64,000 nucleotides of DNA from Vicugna vicugna (GCA_013265495.1 MU058781.1:5583050-5647049), one strand, 5' to 3'. Numbered from the stretch's first letter, positions 1 through 13,660 are shown. The notes: a model not told the origin generated them from the sequence alone. Translations and numbers: made by a program.

Positions 1-61
1 GCAGTGGTGGGTAGTGCAATGGGAGATAGGTGGGCAGTTTTGCAAAAATGAGGACCCACAC

Positions 62-390
62 CTTAGTCTGCCGTGGCTGCCATAATGAAGTACCCTAGGC
101 TGGGTGACTGACAATGGGAAATATATTCCCATAGTTCTGGAGGCCAGAAGTCCAAGATCCAGGCCAGCAGGGCCAGGAGGCCTCAAGGGAAGAGTCAGTT
201 TCAGGCCTCCCACACTTCTGGTGGGTCCTTGGCTTGTGGCCCGGGACTCCAGTTTCCATGTGGCGCCCCCCACCTCACCATGTACGTGTCTTTGTGTCCA
301 GATTTCTCCTTGCTATAAGAACATCAGTCATGTGGGATTGGAGGCTCACCCTACTCAAGGGTGACCTCACTGGGGCTAATCACACCTGCA
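62..390 (-). mobile_element. MaLR LTR fragment (MLT1-like)
   Basis: 'ggctgccataatgaagtaccctaggctgggtg...atagttctggaggccagaagtccaagatc' and 'ataagaacatcagtcatgtgggattggaggctcaccctactc' resemble the reverse complement of the MLT1 LTR; boundaries approximate. Confidence 0.75.
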
Positions 391-865
391 GGGGTTGTCT
401 GATGCTGCCAGCCCGTCACCGGTTACTGTAGTGAGAGCAGATTCAGTAGCACGTTGGGGGCAGAAGGTGGATTTTTGTGGGTTGAGGAATGTAGGGGAAG
501 GAGGGGAGGAGAGGCAGAGACAGTGGTCTCAACCACACTTTCAGGAAGCTCCTGGAAGGGCAGCACCACAGCACTCAGACACTGAATGTTAAGGACTGAA
601 TGTCAGGTTAAAATCCTCAATTGATCTCTAATTCTCCTCCACCTTTACCAACGTGACCTTCACTTAAATAGTTAGCACATCTCCCCTTCCAGATGAGATG
701 CTCAGAATAGGACAGAACGTGTCAGGTGGAACTGGACGGGCTTGGACAGAGCCGTGGCTTCCACTCATGTGGGTGACACAGACATACATATATATTTTAA
801 AATTCGGAAGTAGTGGCATATTTTTAATGGTCCTATAACAATGGATTCATATTGAATACAGGAGG

Positions 866-990
866 TTAAATTTTCAGTTCTCAGGCCCCATCTCAGACCT
901 ACTGAATCAAACTTGGAAGATGAGGCCCAGGAATCTTTTAACAAGCCTTCCAGGTAAATCAGATGTGCTTTCAGAGTCAGTACCCAGGGA
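866..990. mobile_element. MER5A-like hAT-Charlie fragment
   Basis: 'ctcaggccccatctcagacctactgaatcaaac...ggcccaggaatcttttaacaagccttccaggt' resembles the MER5A core. Confidence 0.65.
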
Positions 991-1534
991 ACCCTGAGAA
1001 AAGGGAGGGATTTGAATGACCAGATGAGTTCACTGTCCACTGATACCCAAAAAGGGCTTGGACTTTGTAGTGCATCTTAAAACCGATAAAAAAAAAAAAA
1101 GTCCTCTGGTGAGGACCACTACCGTCTGTTTACTCAAGGCCAACATTTTAATCAGTGCGTTTTATAAAGACTTAGAGAGCATGCTTCACAGAGGTCAGGT
1201 GGATTCAGAATAATCCGCAACCTCCTCCTTGTCTACACCCAGTCATGAGGGCTCTCATCCCACTGACCCCCTGCAAGGAAGGAAGGATTGATCAGCAAAT
1301 TTCCTATAATTTTGTTGATTTAATGTAGTAGTTTAGGAATCGTTAGACCATTTGTTGGAAGAATCTAAAAAAGTCATTGAAAGAACTTAGTTTTGTTTGA
1401 GGCTTGAAAAATTCCCCAGCCAAATAAATTTAGCCTAGACAGAAATATAAAGGAAATAAAGATGACTAGACATGCCTTATTAAGATAACCACTGCTAATA
1501 TATGTATGCTTCTAGACATTTCTAGAGTTTATTC

Positions 1535-1615
1535 AACCAAGGTTCTAATCTTGTTCCTCCTTTATTATAGCTGTGTGACCTTAGGCAAGTCACTCAACCT
1601 TTCTGAGTCTCCCTC
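1535..1615 (+). mobile_element. MIR SINE core fragment
   Basis: 'tagctgtgtgaccttaggcaagtcactcaacctttctgagtct' is the typical MIR core. Confidence 0.7.
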
Positions 1616-2716
1616 TTTGTTTTCCCCCACCTACAAAATATCAGCTTCAGGTTCTTGTGGTGTTTGAATAGGAAAATGAAGTTTGTAACAATCCCTGGTC
1701 CATAGTTGGTGCTTGATTCGAAATCCCTCTGCCTCCTGCACGCTTGCTGTTATGGCCCCTTCTTTTAGGGAAGGGCAGGTATTTTTAAGAAGGGGAGGTA
1801 ATGCTGACAATTCACATCGAATCACCACTCACAGTATGGTGCCTTTTCTATGTTAACACTCTTGCAAAACAAAAGTAACCCTTGGAATATTTGCACATTG
1901 TTTTCTTAAAAACTCCCTGTAGCTATGCATGTTCGTTTGTGAAAGTAAACGTGTGTCTCAGATTGCAGACGGTTTCCTCCTAGGACCTCACTGGGGCCCG
2001 TTGCCAGTAACAGGTGGCAGCCTGGTTGTTTGTCCCCCTCGTACAGAAGCACAGTGGGCCTGCGTCCCAGTAACCTTGTACTGGGTCCCTGGTATTGAAA
2101 GTATAACAGCCCCCCACCACCCCTATCCTGGCTGAACCGTGCCTGGCGGCATAAGATGACAGGCCGCCCTGCCAGGCCCTGAACCAGCCAGGGGAGCCCT
2201 GGGTGGGCAGAGTGGGTGTCAGGAATGCGTGTTTGCGGGGTACTGGGTACCTTACAGGATGGTGACTAGGAGACACATGGAATGGCTGGGAATATAAAGG
2301 AGTGAATTCAGTGTTCTTTCTAGCTCTTAAAATACTTCAGCTTTTGCGCTAAATAAATCTCCCCTCACATTGGGCAGTGGGGGAAGTGACTATTGCGTGG
2401 TAGTAAGGGGGACAGCCAGTGGCCGGGCATGGTGTGCAAGGGCTGGCAGGGTACAAGCTTCGCAGCTCCCGCTTCCTGCATCCCAGACAGCACATTGATG
2501 CCCGCTGGAGGGCAGGCAGTGGCGTGCTGGCCTGAAACGGGACGGAGGGGGCCTGGGGAACAGAAGGTGCCATGTTGAGGGGAGTGTTGGGCCTCAGCTC
2601 TGAGGGTTGTGTGCTTGGCTGGGGGCTCGGTGAGCGGGTACCAGCGACTCACGCCAGTGGAGGGGGGCAGCCTGGCCCAGCTCCCGCTGACACCCTCTCT
2701 GCTCCTTCCTCTGCAG

Positions 2717-2759
2717 GACGGAGGCTGCACGTGTCCAGGAGATGTCGCCAAAGCCTTTG
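2717..2759 (+). CDS. GMPR: GMP reductase 1, third-last coding exon (43 bp; DGGCTCPGDVAKAF-G)
   Basis: Pyrimidine tract plus cag acceptor ending 2716, gtaagt donor at 2760. Peptide is the GMPR/IMPDH-family DGG motif region; phase joins the 5474 exon. Confidence 0.96.
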
Positions 2760-3146
2760 GTAAGTGGCCGCAGGGGAAGGAGATCCCTGCGGGGCTGCCG
2801 AGGAGGTGGGACTCTTTGGGAAGTTCAGGGCCCGCCCTGAGTTTCCTCTCCCTGGATTTCCGCCCACATTGGCCCAAATTCTGGCATCCGTTTGGCTCTG
2901 GTTGGTGGCAGAGCGCACTGAGTGCCCCCGGGGTAGATGGAGGGTGACATCCTGCAGCCCAGGAGGGAGTGATGTCATGGCCTAGAAGTCATAGCTGAGA
3001 AGGCTCAGGGCACACGTGGAAGAGGACTGTACCCGGTCTGATGCCTGGAAACTTCAGCCTGGGTCTCGGGGGCCTAACTTGGGGAAATCCTGTGGGAGGG
3101 ACAGGAGTCCCCACGGCTGTTTCTCACCAGATGCTGAGAAGCCTGT

Positions 3147-3165
3147 TGCCCACCAGGGGGCAGTA
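3147..3165 (+). promoter_or_regulatory. Candidate CTCF site (TGCCCACCAGGGGGCAGTA)
   Basis: Near-consensus match to the CTCF core CCACCAGGGGGCRS; binding not shown. Confidence 0.55.
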
Positions 3166-4899
3166 GCGTCTGGCTGTGGTCGGTGTGGCTGGGCCGCGGG
3201 GCCCCAGCCAGGTGTTTTCTTGAGGAAGCACGGGGAAGTCCAGCCTCTCAGCCTGCTCTGCCCTGTGCCTGTCTCTTAACCTTCGTCAACTACGGTCAGA
3301 AGTCAGAGCTGCCGCACAGCCGGGGACTCCCAACTGTGAGGTGGGGGATGTGCGTACCTGCAAAAGGCAGAAACAAAACTACCCCCCCGCTCCCCTCCTT
3401 TCCTGATGCCAGGGCCAGGTTTGCTGAGGGTGTATTTGTTTTTCAGTGGAGGGAAGCTTTCTGCCTTGGGCATTCCCCAGGGATGGCAGTGGTTCCGCCC
3501 CTTACCTGTGTGAGGTGACGCCTGCTTAGTACTACTTTTTCTGTTTCTGTCTATGCCAGAGAACGCCTTCAGCCTGGACAGTGGTTCGTTTTTGAAATTA
3601 CTTTTAAAGCACTGATGGTGACAGAGGGAAACCTGAGGCAGTGTTCTAGCAGCTGGGTTTTATAGCAACCCTGGAGAATGTCCAGGACACTGGGGCCCCA
3701 AGAGGCAAGCGACAAGGTGAGGGTCCCGCAGGCAGGGGTAGAGCAGGGCCCCATGGGACTGCTGCTGCGTGAGTGCTTCTCACCCAGTAGAAGGCTCATC
3801 AGCCAAGGGCACGTCTGCTGTTGATTTCTGAGCTGCTCGCACTTAAGACTGACAGGGGTTCCACCTCAGGCTCCCTGCTCACTGAGCACACTGTGTTCCG
3901 CACAGAGTGGCCTTTGGACCCATGCTCTGGCAGCTTTCCCTCCCCGGCTCCCCTTCCAGAAGTGCAGCCAGGCCTGTGCCAAGGCTCAGTGGAGGGAGAG
4001 GACCGGGTCAGGGAAAACGCTGGTCAGGAAAGGACACGAGAGCATTCAGAAATGAAGATAATGGGAAGCCATGTCAGAGCATCGTTTGCGTGGCTCTGGG
4101 CTCTGTGCTCCTGCTGTTTACAGCTGCTCCTGGGCTTGAGGGCAGCAGGAGGCCTGGCCGGACACCACGCATCCCCTCCCCTCTTACCCTCGTGGCAGGA
4201 GGCCGAGGAGCCAGTGTTCGTGTGAGGGACCCTGAGGGGAAGAGTCTGCGGAGCTTGCCACCAAGTAGAGAGGTCCTGTCGTGCCTCACTTGCCTGACTG
4301 CCAGGCCCAGGGGCCAGCCCCGCAGAGCCCGCCTTTCTGCAGTGCTGAACGGAAGGGACGCCCCTGAGTCCCCTTGTAAATATTTCAGTGACTGCAAGGA
4401 AGCGGTCGAGGCCGCGTTCCAGGGCGGCCTGTGTCTGCTCCTTTGTCCTGCACGCTGACCACTTAACGCAGTTCCCTGATACCCTTGCATTCTCGCTGTG
4501 AACCCCCCCTCAGTCTCACTCGGGGAGAAGTTGGGGTCATTTCTTCCTTTCTAGTCAGTGGAGAGCTTCTGCACAGTTATCCGCAGACAGGATGATATCT
4601 GTGTCTTCCACAAATAGACACTTTACTTTCCTGACAACCAGTTCCTCCTTGTCTGCCGCAGCCCATGCACTGTGACAAACACTGAGACGGCCGTGAGCCA
4701 GCTCTGCCGTCCCAACTGTTCTTGGTCCCGGTCCAACAGAGCCTGCAAAGGCAGCCTCAGTATTGCAGCCTCCCCTGTACCTATCCTGAAGCTCCATGTC
4801 ATTCACTGATTAATAGGAGGTATTTTATACTCTGCAAGTCAAATGTTTATCACAGCAGAGGTGTAAGTAGAGTTTTGCAGGTTGTACATAGATATCTAT

Positions 4900-4931
<32 letters not shown>

Positions 4932-4948
4932 ACGCACACACGCACACA
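4900..4948. repeat. (CA)n microsatellite, interrupted at its 3' end
   Basis: Directly visible in a GMPR intron. Confidence 0.95.
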
Positions 4949-5473
4949 GCTGCTGTCCTTCAGGCCCAAGCTTTAGTGCAGGTGGTTGTCTCTCCTGTGG
5001 TCCTTTCATATTTACGGAGTATGAGTGCTGAGAACCTCAGGTAGACCAGATGGCTGGTGGGCACAACACAGAGGAGTTACCAAGTATGAGTTGCGATGAG
5101 ATGCTGAGATGCTGCCCAGTTCTTAATGTTTCTGTAATTTTGAGAGAGACCTCTGGCAGGTGGTCAGAAGGGCTCATCCATAACCACTAAGGACTGTCCA
5201 CAGGAAAAAAACAAAAAACTGTCTAGCGTGTTAGCCGCCAGCCTCCAGCAGCGCTGTTCTGCAGTGTTCAGATTCGTTGCTCAAGTGTCCAGTGTCCATC
5301 TCCCTGTACATGGAGGCGTCTTACTTTTTTTCTGAAGGGGGTGGTTGAGCTTTTCTCTGACTATGGCCAGGAGGAGGGAGGCTGAGTTGGCAGCACTTGG
5401 ATTTTTCCAGAGCTGATTGTCTCTGAGCTCTTTTCTCTGCTTTCTTTTGTCCCCCACCACCGTTGGCCTGTAG

Positions 5474-5633
5474 GAGCTGGAGCAGATTTTGTCATGCTGG
5501 GAGGGATGTTTTCGGGCCACACTGAGTGTGCTGGAGAGGTGATCGAGAGGAACGGGCAGAAGCTCAAGCTCTTCTACGGGATGAGCTCCGAGACAGCGAT
5601 GAAGAAACACGCGGGCGGGGTCGCTGAGTACAG
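5474..5633 (+). CDS. GMPR: GMP reductase 1, penultimate coding exon (160 bp; [54 protein letters not shown])
   Basis: tag acceptor 5471-5473, gt donor 5634; hallmark [10 protein letters not shown] and FYGMSS motifs; frame continuous with both neighbouring exons. Confidence 0.97.
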
Positions 5634-7427
5634 GTACGCGGGGGCTGTCACTGGTGGGGTCCCGTTCCCCTCGCTTCTTACGGAAATGGGATGGAAGCAG
5701 GTCTCAAAAAATAAGAGTCTGTTTATAGGATAGACTCTGGGAGGGAGCTAGAAAACATGTCTTGCCTCTTTCGAAACAGCCATGATTTTTATCCAGGTAG
5801 CCTTTGCAGTGTGTGGGGCCCTCGAAGGGCAGTGTGGTACAGAGGTGTTTGGGGATGAGACGGGACTGGAACCCAGAGGTAGGTGAGGAGGTGGGACTCC
5901 TGCTGGGGACCTTCCAGACTTCCAGGGGGTGGGCAAGAACATCACTGCCTTGTCCTTCTGATAGTCTGTGTGGAGCCGGGGACCAGTTCAGGCGCCAAGA
6001 GTCAGGTTGAACAGTGGGTCTCCCACTGCCTCTGAGACTGGTGTGGTCGAGACCACCGCATGGAGCTCAGGCCTTTCTGGACGCTCCACCTGCAGTAGCT
6101 CCTGCAGGACTCTCACCTGCCTCCAGGCTCTGACAGTTGACACAGGCAGCATTTTTAGCCGTTTAACGATGTCGCTCTACAGAAGGGGTGCTCTCGTCTG
6201 CTTGCCTGTTTCACTTCCATTGTGACTGTGGTGCACGTGTGTGTAAGAACGTCAGGACAGGGTCCATCCACTGCCCTGCCTGGCTCCGTAGAGTCTGCCG
6301 TTGCTTCTCATCAGAGCTGGCACTGATGACGAGCTCTGCAAAGTAGACCGGACAGGAGGCCCTGCATCCTCAGAAGGATGTCCGCTGTGAGGGGGCTGGT
6401 TGCCTTTCCCCAGGAGGCCTCAGGCCCTGGGATGGTCAGCCCCCGCCCCAGCTGATACCCGACCACACTCAAAAGCTTACTCTGAGGACATGGCATTCAG
6501 ATGCATTGGGTAAGGCTTGAACCAAGCTAGAGGTCAAAATCTCAGCTCCATGGAGATTTCCAGGCCGGCAGGAGGGAGGTGTGGGGTCCCCCACCAAAGT
6601 TCTGTTCTTGGGTTCTGTGGACTGACCGCAGTTCTCATTTCTCCCCTCTTCTCTCTCGGTGGGGACCTCAGTGAGGATGGTGTTGCAGGGAAGAGGAGCA
6701 GGGCCCTGCATTCATATCTTCATCCTGGAAACGTCAGGCAGAACAAGAGGGACCCCCCTTCCCAGGAGGCCTCTGAAGGCCCTCTTTCTCCCATAAGTGA
6801 TGGAGGAGGCTGTACAGTTTGTCAGGGGGCAGAGGAAGGGGTTTACTGCCTCAGTTCCAACCTGGCCAAGACACTTAATGCTTTACCAGCAGCCACTGTC
6901 ACTGGTCAAGGGCCTGTGTACGGGCCCTCCCTGCCACTATGCACGTGGGGCCATCGGGCCAGCCAGGGGCTCTGCCTAGAGTCCATTTTCTGCCCACCAG
7001 CTGTTGCATCTGTTCTGGGTTCTAAGCAAAGTAGGTGGGGACGGCCGGACCAGGCTGTGGCACAAACAGAAGCCACGGAGCTGATGGAAAAATCATCTCC
7101 TGTAATCTCTGCCGGGTTTAGACAAAACAGAAAATGGAAGATATGGAGTATCAAGACTCAGTGCAGATTCGAGTCTTAGGAAAGTGCTGAAGGAATTAGT
7201 ACCTTAGTCCACAGCCAGCCTGAGCCCTGCAGGCTGTGTCCGTGTTCCCTGTCTGTCTCATTCTGCCTCCCTCCTACCCTCTCCTCCTCACCACCATGAT
7301 CCCCTCCTGAGAGCAGTTCTCCTGCTTAGACCTTATATTTAAATAAAGCAGAGTTGTGTATGTTTTGCTGGTTCCTTCCCAGTCGTTAACCACTTGGTGC
7401 TCACGCTGTCCTCGGGAGACAGATCAG

Positions 7428-7560
7428 AGACCTTCATTTTACAGGTGAGAAGACTTGAGCATCAATGATAAATGATTTGCAGAAGGTACCATCACCCCTT
7501 AGCACACAGGCAATGATGAGGATCTGGGTGATGTCCAGTAAGCCCCAGACATCTGTCTTC
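7428..7560 (-). mobile_element. MIR fragment
   Basis: 'ccttcattttacaggtgagaagacttgag...aaatgatttgcagaaggtacca' resembles reverse-strand MIR. Confidence 0.55.
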
Positions 7561-8872
7561 AGTGAACTGGCCATCTTTTCAGGCACCTGGGTCTGTGCTG
7601 GTCTCTGGTCTCAGAGAGCAGTGATGCAAGTCACTTCAGGGGTGGCCGGTGAGCTGGGTGCTGTAAACCAGCCACTGGACTGGCTGATGGCCTGAGGAGC
7701 TGGATTTCACTTGAATTTAGTCTGGCAGGTGTAGATTTCAGTGCACAAGAGTTAACACCCTTTTGAAATGCTGGGGAATGAGTTTTTGATGGAGATACTG
7801 TTTTTTTCAGTTGAAGAGACCAGCTCAGGAAAGCTGCAGAATTTGGTTAACTGTAAGAATTTCTAGATTGCCTGGCCCTTAGACAAGGGCTGGAGTTTTC
7901 CAGCGATTGGAGATGTCCTTCTTGGAATGCCCCTCCAGAAGCAAGTCCAGACCCTGCCTCCATTTTGCCGGAAGGGGACCTGGTGTGCACGCGAGCAGTG
8001 GCGCTTGGTGGCCTTGGGAGGAGTGGGAAGAGGGCTCAGTGAGGACAGTTAGATAGGGCTTAGTGCCCCTGCCGTGGGCCCGGCCTTCTGAATTTCTAAA
8101 TGTGCCCCTGAAAATGTGAAAGATGCTAACCAAAGCCCCGAAACCTCCGGTGTGGAGAACGTCCTAGTTCTGCCCTGGTTCCACCTTGCAGGGACCCCCA
8201 CGCCACGCCCACGATGATGGGTGTAATGACTTGTGCAGACGCAGGGAGGTGAGCTGGGGGGGTGTGCCCGACAAGGGGCCGGGCATGTGGAGCTACTTAT
8301 CTTAGTAGTGGAGGTTTCCGTGGTCCGTTTTATCCATCCTTCCCCTGTCTTGGTCATCCCATGAAGTCACTGTCTCATTGGAGAGCTGGCAGGGGGTGCT
8401 CTGGGCTTGTTCTGCTGTAGACTGGGGAGGGCAAGTAGGAGAGGGGTGGTGGGGGTCCTTCAAGGGTCTCTTCCCCAGTCCAAAGGGATTCGGGGCTCTG
8501 GGTCAGTGGGAGGTCGGTGTATAGGTGAAGGCAGAAGGGGGAGATGGGGCACGCTGCTGAGAGTGTCACTGTGCAGGGTGACAGGCTTTGGTCTGTGACT
8601 TCTTCGTTTTGCTGATGGAGACTTGCCTTTCCCTGGCGCTCTGGGCAGCCAGCAATGAGGTCGTGCATTTTGGGCAGGGGAACGTGTTCACCTGAGATGC
8701 TGGCGTGATCAGCCTGGCATTGGTGGTGGTGCTGGGCTGGCCGTGGGGCCAGAGATGGCTTTCAGCTGCCTGGTGCCCTGGGGCTGCTGCAAGTTCTACA
8801 GATGGACTCCTCCTGGCTGGGTTTTTGAGGGAGGAGAACCAGATTGAAAGAGAAACCTCCTTTTTCTTCCAG

Positions 8873-9053
8873 AGCCTCTGAGGGCAAGACTGTGGAAGTG
8901 CCTTACAAAGGGGACGTGGAGAACACTATTCTGGATATTCTCGGGGGACTGAGGTCGACCTGCACCTACGTGGGGGCCGCCAAACTCAAAGAGCTCAGCA
9001 GGAGGGCGACGTTCATCCGGGTGACCCAACAGCACAACACCGTGTTCAGCTAA
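8873..9053 (+). CDS. GMPR: GMP reductase 1, final coding exon ([60 protein letters not shown])
   Basis: tttttcttccag acceptor ending 8872, TAA at 9051-9053; C-terminus QQHNTVFS fits GMPR1 as I recall it, consistent with ATXN1 synteny. Confidence 0.97.
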
Positions 9054-9349
9054 CCTTGAGCATGAGGTGACATCTGGCTGGTGGAAGCTTCCACGCACGC
9101 CTGCTTTCCCATCTCCCTCCTTCTGTTACGGCAGAGTTTCCAGCTGCTCCAGGTGGTGGCAGGCTGCCTCCTCCTCCTCTCCTGCCACGTGGGGGCTGTG
9201 GGGCTCCCCCGGTGCCGAGAAGCCAGGCACGCATTGGGTCAGCGGTCAGAGCTCAGCTGCCGGGAAGGCATGCCTCACTGTTAAAACTAACACTCGCGCC
9301 TTTTTCTTTTCCTTTTTTCTTTTTCTTTTTAAGAAAATGGTTTCACTTT

Positions 9350-9355
9350 AATATA
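9350..9355 (+). terminator. GMPR: Possible GMPR poly(A) signal, variant AATATA
   Basis: Variant hexamer after a U-rich stretch ~300 nt past the stop; no canonical AATAAA seen nearby. Confidence 0.35.
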
Positions 9356-12134
9356 AGGCTCTTAAGACGCTTGAGTGCTGGAGTTTGCATTTGCAGGAAC
9401 CCAGTTGTAAGGGTGGCTGGGGGAGGCCACGGCAGAGTAACCGGTATCCCCTCCCTCCAGAGTCTGGTTGCTGGAAAACAACAAAAGCAATTGACTGGAC
9501 AAGTGAACTTGAATTGGTTTTCTGAGGATGCCCCCCAAGGTGTGGTGACACGTGTCCAGCACCTGCCTTACACGTGTCTTTTGGGAACAGGTCCTCTGGC
9601 GCTGTGTCTGGGGCTGCTTCGAGGAAGCTGTCCTGGTCCTGGGTTTTCGTTTCATGTTTTCCTCCATCTCTTCCTCTCCCTCCTCAGTCCCGGCTTGTCA
9701 GGCTGGCCTCTCTCCTAAAGAGATGATACATTATTTTGAAGTTCCATGGGGTCTGTCACTGAATGATCCACCAAAAAGTTGGCAGGTGGAATCCCACTGA
9801 AAAGCAGCCAAAAACCTGGACTCGTGACTTCCTAAAAGGCATTAGTTTAAAATCCGAGGCAGAACCGTGCCCTTGTCATGGCTGTTAGCACTTTCCCAGG
9901 AGGGACCACTGGGCACTGCTGTCTATCAGTCAGTTCCCTGACTGGTGACAATGGTACTTTCTCGGAGAAAGGACCTGTGACTTGGTGGGAATCCTACTGT
10001 GGCCCTTGTTTAAACAGTAAGCACAGGTGGGTTAATGATGACTGGCCACTTTGAAGCATTATTCGAGTAACAGGACTGGGAAGTGCATGCCGGCCAGGGT
10101 GTTTCACCTCATTTACTTCTAAAGGAGGCTAGAGAAGCAGATAAACAGGCATAAGCTTTCTTTGGGAAGACAAGCGATGGCCCTGGAGTGGTGAAGGGCC
10201 ACGTGGTCCCACTGTGTGATGCCAGAGTAACTGTCTCATGTCCACGGTGACCTCCGCCGCACGAAGAATCCAACCAAAGCGTCACACTCCAGGAACTTAA
10301 CAGGTCCGCGTTTAGTCTAAGAGTACATTCAAAGATCCAGCAACTTGAACACCAGTGTAATACTTTTTTCCCCCAAATCCATTCAGAGTAAGTCTTGTAG
10401 AAACATGAATGTGGCTTCATGTTTGAGATGAGAGTCGAATGGATGTTGAGCATCGAGCGCGATGTTGCTGGAGGCACCCCACCTTTCCTGTTCGCTTGTC
10501 TGAGGTATGAGCCCCCTGCTGTCCCTGTGGGAGATGTGTTTTGTACTTGAGCCCTTGAGTTGGTTTGTTTTGAGATTCTTCATCGCAAAGTAAGGCAGAG
10601 GAGTGAAGGAGAGGAGGTCTTAAATCCTTTCCAGTGGGCCAGCAGCAAGTAGTAAGGAAACTCCTAGAACAGCATCCTCCATACTCCTGTCTCAGCTTGG
10701 GGTCACCAGTGTCCTGTCCTGGCATCAGGCCCTGTTCCGCACCCCGGCGGGCAGTCCTCTCCACGGTGGCCTAGGCCTGCTTGTCCATCTAGTGCAGAGA
10801 CAGCAGACGATGTGCTCTTGGAGGAAGGCAGGTCCCTCTCTCATCCAGTTTTTACAGAAGTGAAAACATTAGTTATTGCAAAAGCCAAAAACTCGTCAGG
10901 ATCATTTTGAAGCAGAGGTTTCCACCTCTAAGGCTCGTCACCCTTTGCAAGGTCCATCTGTGTCTCCAGGAGCAGTGGATGTTGGGGGCCAGTGCCGGAG
11001 TGGCCCTCAGATCTGCTGACTTCAGGGCGTCTTGTGCAGGGTGGGTGCGGGTAGAGAGGAGAGCCAGTGGCTGGATGCCACTCACCTCAGGCTGCCCTGC
11101 CATGGGCTCCTGCTGTGGTTTTAGTGGTTTCAGGGTCAGCTCTGCTGCAGTGTGAAGCAAAGGCTTGTCTCTGACCAGTCTGACTGGTTCAGGCAGGTTG
11201 CACAGCTACCGGACCCCAAACTTGTCAGGACCATTAGCATCTAATATTAAAACAGCAGGGAAGCCAGCGATCAGACTGCTTCGCCAGACGTGCCCACATC
11301 TGGCCAGACGGCTCTGGAGGACAAGGAGGGCTAGGGCAGCCGTCTCGTCCGGGCTGTGAGGCTCAGCTCATCACTGCTGGTCTACGCACTAGCATTCTCT
11401 CACACGCTAGCAGTCACAGGGCGTCAGGATCTCAACTCGTAAGCCCTAAGTGGAGCATCTTGTGAGATGTCCCCAAACATACACCTAAAGACGACGACAG
11501 TAAGGGGTTACCCATCCGTCCCTGGGCTAAGTGAAAACTACATTTAATGCTGAGAGTTCTCGTCCACCTCTGCAAACCTTAACCCTAGAAACGTTTGATA
11601 GCCATGCATGCAGATGGGAGCAGAGGGGTTCACCTGCTTGGGTCCTGGAGGCATTACTTCCTGGGACAACTGCTAAGCCACGTCTAAGAGCAGGCACAGT
11701 GCAAACCTCTGAGTTTCAAACTGGCACAAATTTACAGGAAGCACAAGTGAACTCTCCACCTTCAGACCACTAACCTGGGTATAGCCAGACTGTACAGAAA
11801 TGTACTGATAATGCTACCTGAGTCCACGAAGCTGCCAGTACTGTTGAGGAACAAAATCATCTCTTGGAAACAGCCATGCTGAGCTAGGAGAAATAAACAG
11901 GAACAGAACAAGCCAAGACATCAGACGGTGAAACACACCCTTTATCAGAGTCTCAAGCAGGACTAACCCTCCCATCCCCTCAAATCAGTAGGAGAGGCAC
12001 CCAGCCCCACCACAACCTACCCAGTGATCACAGCCGACTACGTGAGGAGGAGGAATTACCACCCTGTCTTCAGGCTCATCCTTCTCCCAGGACCTGACGC
12101 AAGGCGAGGACACATTTGCAGTTGGCACTGTTAT

Positions 12135-12140
12135 TTTATT
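12135..12140 (-). terminator. ATXN1: ATXN1 distal poly(A) signal AATAAA (cleavage ~12115)
   Basis: Minus strand reads GTACTAATAAAATAACAGTGCCAACTGCAAA, resembling the recalled mammalian ATXN1 mRNA end; further AATAAA at 12187-12192 and 12230-12235. Confidence 0.8.
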
Positions 12141-13660
12141 AGTACGAGTATACTGAAACAATAAACTTGTACTGGTATACAGACAATTTATTTAAAACAA
12201 TTTTGTTCAAATTTTGAATCAAACATTGTTTTATTATAATAATGAAATAATTTCTACCTAGAAAACCTGCAAGCACCATCAAAGAAAGGGACCATAAAAT
12301 TCAATAAACAGACTCGAGTGTATCCTACAAATAGACACACCACGATTAGAAAATAGAATATGAATTTTCCATTTTTTTAATATTTGTTTTAAAAAAGCTA
12401 GTGCAAGTACAATATTTTACACTGGAATTACAGAGAATATGCACGCATATGGAAAAAAGTTCTCCTGTCACAATAAAAGCTCTTAACTATGTATGCACTT
12501 AAAATTTTCTTTTCAGTAAGGTGCAAAACATCATTCCTTCCCTAGTTCTCCTCTGTACTGGCCATGTCAGTCTGATAGTGCCCTCAAAGTTCTGGTGTCT
12601 CTTTTCCCTTGGCCGGTGGGAGGCCTACAGTTGGAAGTTTGGTGGGTAATGATCTGATACTTTACTTAAAACACAAGGGTGCCAATCTCAGAGATGGCTC
12701 TGGGACCAGGACCCCACGGGCTAGAAATTTGGATTCTGTCTTAAGGACCACCACGAATACTGGCAGGGCGCTACTGAAACCTTTCAGCTGACACTAATTT
12801 GGGTTTACAGGGAGCAGTGAAGGTTGAGGAGGGAGAAACCTCCCCCCAAGGCCAAAAGGGCAGTATTCACAGAACCAAATGCACAGGTACCAAGTTTAAG
12901 GTTCACTGACAAAAGAAGTCACCCCCCTCCTGGACCAGATCATTTAAGAGTAAGTGGTTCGTGTACGAACCAGAGGAAACCTACATACCCAGCTTGGTAA
13001 CCGCTCAGACTTGTGATTCCGGAGGACAGTGTGTTACCTCGGCAAGGATTACTGTAAACAGCGCTTCCAAAGGGGGCCTTCAGACTGGCCATGGAAAAGG
13101 AGACAGGCTCATCGGCCATCCAGACAGCAAACGAACAAACTAAAGGGAAAGAAAACTTGGGTGAAGTCTCCAATGATCTGCAGTGGAAGACTGGAGTCCT
13201 TTCAGATAAGAAAAGTTATGGAAATTCTTCGAGATTGTTACTGTAGAGATACTACCTATTGGCCAAATGCACTTAATTTTAATACAGCTGAACCATTTGT
13301 ACACAAATCATGAGGCTATGAAAACCTGAAGCCGCTGTTCCCTCCCGCCCGCCAGAGTTACAGGTGAAGTCAGCTACCAGAAACATCACATTTAACGGTA
13401 AAAGAGGGGCTGAGATTCTGAATTTAAGGATTGGTGGGGGATTTGCTCAATATCCCCACAGCTGTCCAGTGTTTGCTGGCTGGCTTGATTTTTTTGGACA
13501 GTATAGGACTCTTCTGAGAAGTTGCTCCACATTTATTTTGGCCTCTTAAAGAAAAATCCAAATAAAACCAAAGTAAAACGAGGCGTTTCAATTGAAATTC
13601 ATGTTTTACCCCCCCATTGAAATGAGGTGTGGGGGGCGGGGGAGAGAGGGCTGAACATTG

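Noticed and set aside
5471..5476. TAG-GAG tandem (NAGNAG) acceptor at a GMPR exon
   Set aside because: GAG is rarely used as an acceptor; nothing suggests alternative use.
6517..7179. 220-aa intronic ORF containing ISDGGGCTVCQG, echoing GMPR ISDGGCTCPG
   Set aside because: Nucleotide similarity to the real exon is only ~11 nt with indels, no fitting splice sites, TTG start; most likely chance.
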